From Nemertoderma westbladi (lineage: Eukaryota; Animalia; Xenacoelomorpha), in contig JAUCBJ010004885.1 of NCBI GenBank assembly GCA_032718475.1, positions 1 to 56,401 of the forward strand: a stretch of 56,401 nucleotides of DNA. Direction: 5' to 3'. Each line of letters opens with the position of its first letter. The first letter of the stretch is position 1. A program made the position numbers and the translations under genes. The notes under the pieces were generated by a model. That model did not search any database and had not been told where the DNA came from. It worked only from the letters and a program-made list of their open reading frames with translations. This document shows, piece by piece, positions 48,236 to 56,401 of this stretch.

Positions 48236-49620
48236 TTATACTTGTGCGGGCTCTAATACTTTAATAATTTTACGGCACATTGATGCGGATCGGGTTCCGA
48301 GGTTATCAAATACTCTGGATAGGGTTGACGATGGTGGTGGAAAGTCGAAATCCAAGCGAATACTTTCGGTTAGTGGGCAGACAAAGAATATGTGATGATC
48401 TGATTGGGTATAATATAAGAGGGGATCACATAAGCATTTACAATTCTCTCTCGGAATCCGAGACCATCGGAGTATCTCCATTGGTAGCCGATGGGAACTC
48501 AATCTGATCCTTGAAAATGAGATTCTCTCCCACTCGGGTACATTAGGGTCAGAGTATAATTCGTGGGGTTTCTGAGTTGGGTTGTATGCCACATAATTCA
48601 CACACCTTGTCATTATGGCTGTAAGAGTTCGATCTTTTGCAGCTTGGAGTTCCGACATGACATAACCCGTATCTAATAGCTCTTTGGCGTATTTTCCCAT
48701 TGGTGAGTTTACTGATGTAGCTTCGTTCATAATGTAGTTATGATAACTGTCTTTATATCCAGGCCGTGAGGACAATGACCTCAGGAACTTTAACTGCCGA
48801 TTCTTAATAAGGGAGCGTCACAGTTTTTGCCGAAGAATGAAGTGAATTTGTGGCAGTTACCAATACGCATCTTAATTTCGTCATCAATTTGAACCGCTAC
48901 GGGGTGAATTGATATTAAAGATCCCAAATAGACATATGAGGATACAATTGAGATTGTGATGTTCCCTATCAAGATGGGGATTCTGTCGCTATCGAGAGTG
49001 GATGAGGTCAGAAATTTCGACTTTTTAGGATGTAAAGTCATTCCAATTTCATCGCATACATATTTAAGGATGTTAAGTTTATCAGTTAACTTTGCTCGGG
49101 AGGTAACCAATACACATGTGTCATCCATTAATAATGTTCCATGAAGAGAATCTAGCCAACTGTCCTTTCCTAAACGATCCATTTTTGTAATTGTAGGGTC
49201 TATGTGTGTACAAAATAGTGGACAGCTGGAAGGCTTACCCTGTCCTACACCGCCCGTACTCTCAAACGTTGTGTTGCCTATTACATTTATAGTTTCCTGC
49301 ATTGATACTGATAAAGCCATAAGAAACCTTCTGCCACAACCCATCCGTTTCAATTTCCTGAGTAAGACTATCCTGTCAACTTTGTCATAGGCCTTCTCGT
49401 AGTCGATGAAGGCAATGAATAACTCTCGCTTTGTTTTGATGGCAATATCGATTGCCAAACGAACACACAATATCTGTTCAGTACAGCCTCGTCCCTTCTG
49501 TGCGCCTGCCTGATATTGTTACGGTTTCGACCATAAATTAAAACGCTCAGTAAGGACGGAGTCGTACAATTTAGCATAGGCCGGAGCGACCGAAATTCCC
49601 CGATAATTCTCTGGTAGTGA
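48236..49620 (-). mobile_element. 5'-truncated non-LTR retrotransposon: RT and C-terminal CCHC, frameshifted (clade uncertain, possibly RTEX-like)
   Basis: FIAFIDYEKAYDKV, GVGQGKPSS, LLMDD, YVYLG, RIRLSSHRLPME, CLC...HIFFVC. Confidence 0.85.
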
Positions 49621-49787
49621 CTTAATTCATTTCTTTAAAATCGTAAGTACAATATCATCTCGGTACAGCTATACCAGTACACATTATACAGATATCACAT
49701 ACCTAACCTAACACTGGTACAACATACTGTCCAACAGACTGCTGTCCTCTAAACACAAAACTATAATATAGTCCCGCCCGATTACAA

Positions 49788-50225
49788 TTGGGTGCGACGA
49801 AGGTTGGGCTATTAGGTTCAACTATATATTCTCCAACCCCAGTGGTTGTTATATAGGGTGCGATGGAGGTTGAGCCGTTAGGTTCAACTATATCTTCTCC
49901 AACACCAGTGGTTGTTATATCGGGTGCGATGGAGGTTGGGCTGTTTGGTTCAACTATATTCTCCAACACCAGTGGTTGTTATATTGGGTGCGATGGAGGT
50001 TGGGCCGTTAGGTTCAACTATATCTTCTCCAACACCAGTGGTTGTTACATTGGGTGCGATTGAGGTTGGGCCGTTAGGTACAACTATATCTTCTACAACA
50101 CCAGTGGTTGTTATATCGGGTGCGATGGAGGTTGGGCCGTTAGGTTTAACTACATATTCTACAACACCAGTGGTTGTTATATTGGGTGCGATGGAGGTTG
50201 AGCCGTTAGGTTCAACTATATCTTT
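49788..50225 (-). repeat. 66-bp (22-aa) coding tandem repeat, about 6.6 copies
   Basis: Unit DIVEPNGPTSIAPNITTTGVGE. Confidence 0.92.
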
Positions 50226-50743
50226 CCCTTCTTCAGTTGGTTGTTGTTGGTCCGATTCCGCATTAACCGCGCACTCGTGTATTTCTATTGATTGTTTCAG
50301 GTCTGACCTCTCCCCTCTAAGACTATCCACATCCAGTGTTTCCCAACCTCCCGTTTTATCAACCCCCCTTTCTCTCTCTCACTTGTAACACGGACGTTAG
50401 TATAAGTAACTCTGAATACTACAGGTTGTCCCGAAACTGAAACTATTAAACTATTATTAGTATAACCGTCATGTCGGTACAGTTTTAATTCTCCATCCTC
50501 GTAGTCCAACTCAAATACCGGTACAGGATAACCGTCAATCTCTCCATCGATCCAACTTATATCCTTAACGGTTTTATCGTTTGAGAGTTCATAACTTAAT
50601 GTCAAGTTACCTCCCTCTTCCACACAGTTCTTACCAACAGGTTCAACCATGATAAGTTTGGTAGAATCGTAGGCTTCGTCCAATCCATGGCATATTGAGG
50701 CCAAGTTAATCCAAAGTAAAACAGAAAAGTAAATCGTTAACAA
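49788..50743 (-). pseudogene. Paralog of the 21768-22448 surface protein with start codon ATG>TTG, frameshifts, expanded 66-bp repeat and lost hydrophobic tail
   Basis: GKNCVEEGGNLTLSY..EIDGYP..GYTNNSLIVSVSG..SIEIHECAVN shared; CAA at 50741-50743 aligns with CAT at 22446-22448. Confidence 0.85.
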
Positions 50744-51023
50744 GGCTGATTCTACTACTAAATATTGAGTATTAAAATTCAAAGTGCAAAACAAATAAAA
50801 GAATATTATAGTGTTATAAAATAAATGAAATATATAATAAAAAAAAAGTAAATAACATTAATAAGATAACCAAAATATTATTATTGGGTTCCTGTTTGTA
50901 TAAAAATGTTATAGGATCCTTATGGGCTCACTTAATTACTATGGTTAACGCCACAAACACATAATGGTAGCTGATATTATCAATTGGTGAGTTTCAGAAA
51001 GTCAAAATAGTCCAAATTCCTAA

Positions 51024-52137
51024 TAGGCGAGTCAATCTAGCCGAAAAAGGTAATAACAAATTCGCAATTCATCCAAACCAATTTTTTTTTATTCTATATT
51101 ACCTTGTTTAATACCCCCAAAAAAGTCTATAACAATATATTATGCGGATCACCTTCAATTTCCTGTTTCTTTCCTTAGCAACATGGATTTTACATAGCAA
51201 CAATCAAAATTCTCAAAATTTGGTACAGACAAACTTTACTCTAATGACTGAAGTATGCACTTCTACCTAGTTACCAATTTAGTCTCCAGAGCAACGGAAA
51301 TTTGTCTAATCATTTAACCATTTTAAATACCAATTTTGCTGGTACAATACAGGGACCTTATTTACACAACTTCTCTACTAAACGGGTGGATGTAACCTCG
51401 CCCATCGGATTTGTCGATCTCAAAAACCTGTATCCCCAAAAAATTTATTTGTTATATGATATACTATTGTGGTTTTCAAACTAAAATAAATTACACCTAA
51501 AATCAATAGAGTAATCAAGCAAAAAAAAAGCAAACAGTCGGCCGAAGCCGGAGGCGACCCGAAGGCTCCTCTTTCGATAGCTGCTACCCGAGGGTAGGGG
51601 TGGTCGCTACTCCTATTCCAAGATTTGCTCCCAGTTATTTAACTGGTACTCATTAATCATAGAGTAATCACAATTTAATAATGTGTAAAATCTTCACTAA
51701 CATTAATGGAAATTATGAAATTTCCGTGCAGTGGAATTGTATAATTTTTTTATTACGGTTACCTTAATATATCGTGAAGTTTTTGATATATTTAAAAATT
51801 TGATGCGACTTCTAGTTTCCGAGATATAGCAATTACAGTACTTAGTAACACGCCTGTGTAAATATTACAATTTTCCCATTGAATCACAGCTTATTGTGAA
51901 ATTAATTAAATTATTCTGGAACATCACCAATTTGCTACTTACTTTTCCCTACTGTTGCTTTTGTTTGGCTCGTGTTATGCAAATTGACGCAGAATTTCCA
52001 TGAATAAACATATGATCCGCAAAATAAAATCTTATAGACTTTTTTTTGGTCATTAACAAGGTAATATATAATTCAAAATATGTGGTTCGGATTGATTGCG
52101 GAAAACTTATGGGTTATTTGCTAGATTGACTCGACTA
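51024..52137. mobile_element. MITE with long imperfect terminal inverted repeats
   Basis: CGAGTCAATCTAGC / GCTAGATTGACTCG and TACCTTGTTAAT..AAAAGTCTATAA / TTATAGACTTTT..ATTAACAAGGTA. Confidence 0.65.
51518..51658 (-). mobile_element. Short retroposed (SINE-like) insert
   Basis: GC-rich 141-bp segment between 12-bp direct repeats ATAGAGTAATCA (51506-51517 / 51659-51670); simple tail at left end. Confidence 0.6.
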
Positions 52138-52197
52138 TAATTCCATTCGGTGCTGCTTAAGTAATGTGGATGCGATAATATTAGAGTATACTGGAAT

Positions 52198-52340
52198 TGG
52201 ACAATTGCCCCCAGATGAATGCCCCTGGTTACTGGTAAATTGCCCACAAGATTATTGGGGTGGATATTGCCCGCCGAGGACAATTGCCCCCGGATAATTG
52301 CCTGGCCCTAGGACAATTACTACTGGATAAGAACCCCTCT
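52198..52340. repeat. Cluster of short GGACAATTGCCCC-like repeats (probable DNA-transposon subterminal region)
   Basis: About 7-8 degenerate units. Confidence 0.55.
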
Positions 52341-53566
52341 GGTATATATTGCTTTTGGTGTTAATTGGTATTAACTGAACAATTTATTGGCCCCAGCGGC
52401 GAAAATTTAATTCTTCCCTTTGAACTTTGAAATTGTATAGTATATTTAGTCGAATAGGCCTAACGACTCAGGGCATTCTAGAAATAATTACATTATTATT
52501 AGAGATATTGATTTTTCTTCTTCCGTATAAACATTTGTATGTCGGCATGTCGATTTTGAAGTCTACCCTACGTTTAACCGGCAGCCAGAGCAATCGCTTC
52601 AATACTGGAGTAATTGCCAATACAACATTAAATTTTATACAAATTATAATGAGCTAGTTTTATGCACGGCATTTTTTATTTTTTTATAAATACGACTCAA
52701 CCGATGTAAAAGATTTATTTTCATATATCGCTCATGGGTACGGGACTAGAAAAAATACTAAAAATAGCTTCTTCATACCATTCATAAGGGAAACGTAGGT
52801 ATTTTTGTTTAAGCTGATGGTATACTGTATATCTGTCTGTGTTGTAATGGTGAAGATTTACATCCCGCGTGCTTACACGCCACTAGTATTAATTAGAAAT
52901 CGTATATTATACCGGTACCTGTACAGTGCCGTTAACAACCTAAGTATATTATTTGTGCTGTCTGCATTTCCGATGAATGATTAACTGTTAGGCCTACCTT
53001 AGCGTGACCGTTGAATACGGTACAATCATACTGAAAGAAAACTCGTTACTTTATTTTACGCCGTGATATATAGTACCCCATAGCCCAGCATTGAGTTTGG
53101 TTTATTTCACGACGTATTTCACGCAGACTTGAAAATCAAATTATTGGTCGAATAAATACATATAATCCATTATGTATAACGTATTGAATGGATAACAACC
53201 AAGTGAGTATACCAAGCCTTTTAATCAGATCAATGATACTAACGTTGAATAACCGACACATTCCTACAAACTTTCCCCCAATACTTCACGACTCGGCACC
53301 CAATAGGCCAACCCAATAAGTATTTTGGAGATTTGCCTGTTGGCAGATCGACTTTATATACTGTAACTTACAATAATCCTTTATTAACTTCACAAAAGGG
53401 GAACTATAAACCAACGGTATTTACCTCCTTATAAAAAAACTAAGCAAATGAGGAAATTATATTTGTGACTTTTTCCTTATAACACATCAGTACGGTGCAG
53501 ATAACTTGTAGTTCTCATAATTTTATTTATTTATATATATTTTTTTCATGTTATTTTGTTTTAACA

Positions 53567-55271
53567 ATGTCCCTGAACTGTGTTTATCTGTTCGCTGTAA
53601 TTCTCGTGGTATTTGTAACTCACAATCAGTTTGTCAGCTGTTTGGGGGATATGATAAAGATTTTACCAGAAGGGCGGGATTGTTTAATGCGAGGAGACAA
53701 ACTGAAAGTAGTTTGTACTGATAGCCGTATCAGTTATGGATATAATATTAATAACGTGGTCCGATTGGTCCATTGGTCATCATGTACTGCTTTATTCACG
53801 TACCGGTGCACAGAACAGAGGAACAGCTGTTATAGATAGAGACAGCCACACAGTTACATTTACTGTTAGTGAGCTTATAGATGTGTGGGAATATAACGGA
53901 GACATTGACTACGTTTGTTTATGGGGAGATGATGAACAAATTTCAAATCCATTTAGCGTCCAACCTTGTCGAACTCGTTCCTCCGACCTACAATGCGGTT
54001 GTAACGGTGAAGTAGAAACCGGTAACTCTAATTGTCGTTTAATATTCGACTCAAATTCAGGTGAATTCCTAATGGAAACGGACCAATCAAACCCCTTCCT
54101 TGAATGTAAAGCTACTGATTGGTTACCTTCTCCTAAAGAATCTGTTTATCCTAACAACGGCGTATTCCAATGGGTTAACAGCAATAATGAAGATATGAAC
54201 AATAGTTATACCTATGATAAACTTGATTCAGTAGAAATCCTAAAACTAAACCTCCGTGATATAGAAACTAACCCAAGTTTATATAACCAACAAACGTTTA
54301 CTTGCAAGGCTAAAAACGTTGTATCCAATGGGGTTTCTGAGTGCGGCGTTACTATGGTAATAGGGTACTTAGCATCCAATCTTATAATCACTACAGATAC
54401 TAATAAAGCCGTTAACGATATTATTGAAGTACCTGAAGGAGAGGTTATTGTACTAAATGCTGAGTTTATATCTGGTTCGCCTGATAATAACATCACATGG
54501 TTTAGAGTTGCAGATAATGTTACTGATGTTGTAGGAGAAGGACCGACTCTATCAGTTGATATGAATGTACATGACAGCGCCATCTACCGGTATGACGTTT
54601 ACTGTATTCCGTGGAGTGAGGATATTAGTTCTATAAGTGGGAGTGTCCGCGTTGTTATTTCTGTTCCAATTCCTGATACAACAGTTACCAGGATCACGAC
54701 CACTTCAATGTCAGCACACCAAAATCAATCAAGTGACGTTCTAGTACTTGTAGTTGCCATAACAATGCCTATTTTAGTAATTATTATATTCATATTATTT
54801 ATTGTGATAATTTTGTTTTATAAGAGGCTGAAAGGGAGTAAGAAGATTGAGAAGGAAGCCGAATTTTATACAACAATGAATGGCCAGGGAAATGAAAGGG
54901 GGGCAGATAATGTTGCTATGGAAACTGAGTATGACATATATCATCAGTATGAAGTTATAGGCGACGTCAATCAAAACTCTGGAATTTCCAATGCCATACA
55001 GACTACAGGTATATACAGAGATGGTTCCTCCATTCCTCTACCTTTAATATCAGATGGAACAGAAATTGAAAAAGAAATAATTTCTGTAGCCAATAATCAG
55101 AACTCGGAGGAAATCGGAGTGGTTGAAGAACAAGCCAATGAGTTAGCAGATGAGACAAAGAGAAAGGTGATTGAGCCAATCAATGTGGTTGCTGGTGAAA
55201 CAAAAGAAGAGCCAATCAATGTGGTTTCTGGTGAAACAAAAGAAGAGCCAATCTATAAGAATATTGAGTAA
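53567..55271 (+). CDS. Intronless type I membrane receptor with about 3 Ig-like domains and a Tyr-motif tail; one frameshift near 53764 (pseudogene or sequence error)
   Basis: Signal peptide MSLNCVYLFAVILVVFV; KVVC..W..YVC, LECKA..FQW..FTCKAKN, EVPEGEVIVL..ITWF..DSAIYRY; TM LVLVVAITMPILVIIIFILFIVIILFY then KRLK; removing one T at CGA-T-TGG joins the two ORFs. Confidence 0.8.
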
Positions 55272-56401
55272 ATATAGTTAATTATTGTTGCAGCGGTAAT
55301 TGAATTGAAGTTTACTTAATATCACTATTATTACTAACTAATAATATAACTTTAATACAAATATAGGAATAATTTATAACGAACCTGCCTATTAATAGGC
55401 CAGGGTAGTTCTTGTCAAGTGTTGAGCCGTTTAAAAACACGATGTGTGTGTGTGTGTATATATGTATAACCATCCAATATCTCAAAAACTCAAGCAGGTA
55501 CGCAAAAATTTTAATAACAAACTCTCCATAAATTTTGGTTGCGCACAAGACTGTATATTTTTTGTGGCGTTTCGTTCAAGGGGTCACTGAAAAATAGCGG
55601 TTTTGAAAATTTAAAGTCGAATTTCACAAATTTCAACTCGTCGAGTATGCACCAACTTTTTTATTTGAGATATTCAGTCATCTGAGCAACATATTTGAGC
55701 CTCAGAATCTTTTCAAATATCGCTAATCTCGCATAGAACGTCGCCAAAATTTGTTAGTTCGGCAAAAAAACGCACAAATTCGTCTAAAAGAATAAATTAT
55801 TTAGTTGCGGAATAATATGATTTAACGAGAAAAGCCAGCCAGCTGGCTGTAAGGAGACCGTCCATATAGACAAACGTAGTGTTAGTTGTGTCCCTCCTCA
55901 TTCATTATCATCAACTCCCTCCCACCTAACATAGCAGTGAGTAACCTTATAGACTATTGTCATAGGATTCACTGGGAAGAGGTATTCATCTGGTGGTGTA
56001 ATACATTATACAAACTTACAGTTGATGTTTGATTACTGTCTGGGTTACAGGGTTAGAGTGAGATAGTAATCAATTTGGCAAGTAATATACTTCTCTGCAG
56101 TTTGGGCTATCCATTCAATAAATAGTAGTAGCTTACTAGGCCCACATGAGTACCAGCAGCTGGTGTTTCTATCGTTGAGTTGAAGGCAATTATCGTGTTT
56201 TCATTTTCGCTCACTCAGGGTACTGCGATACTGGTTTGAGGGGCAGGTTCGTTTATAGTTTCTAGTGTAAATATATGAAAAATATTGGCAAAAAGTTAAA
56301 ACCTTTTATTTTGGCGTATTATTAAATTAATTAAAATTATAGCGAAATGAGAAGAATGATGTTTAGATCGCGTGATTATTATGATGAGAGGTTGTCCTTT
56401 T

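Overview
Eukaryotic (most likely invertebrate animal) genomic DNA that is mostly nested transposable elements. It holds five Bel/Pao-type LTR retrotransposon copies. C (11778-18568) is intact, with one 1847-aa gag-pol, identical LTRs and a tRNA-iMet PBS. D (37577-45958) is recent but frameshifted and carries a piggyBac-type insert. A1 (1-10288) and A2 (35565-47044) are degenerate copies duplicated together with their flank. B (24082-30802) is a pol-less relative of A inserted in a 68-bp satellite. There are also LINE fragments, TTAA-targeting MITEs, a tRNA-box/hammerhead-like repeat and three intronless Ig-like cell-surface genes (one intact, two disrupted). The most striking signal is that families A and B have no tRNA-type PBS. 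The 9 nt abutting the 5' LTR are instead complementary to a site inside their own LTR, and the two sites co-vary between families (GTGAAAAAC vs GTGACAGAA). This suggests Tf1-like self-priming in a Bel/Pao lineage that also has conserved RNA hairpins, an extra 3' zinc-knuckle ORF (A) and hairpin arrays (B). All calls come from reading the sequence by eye; no searches or folding programs were run.
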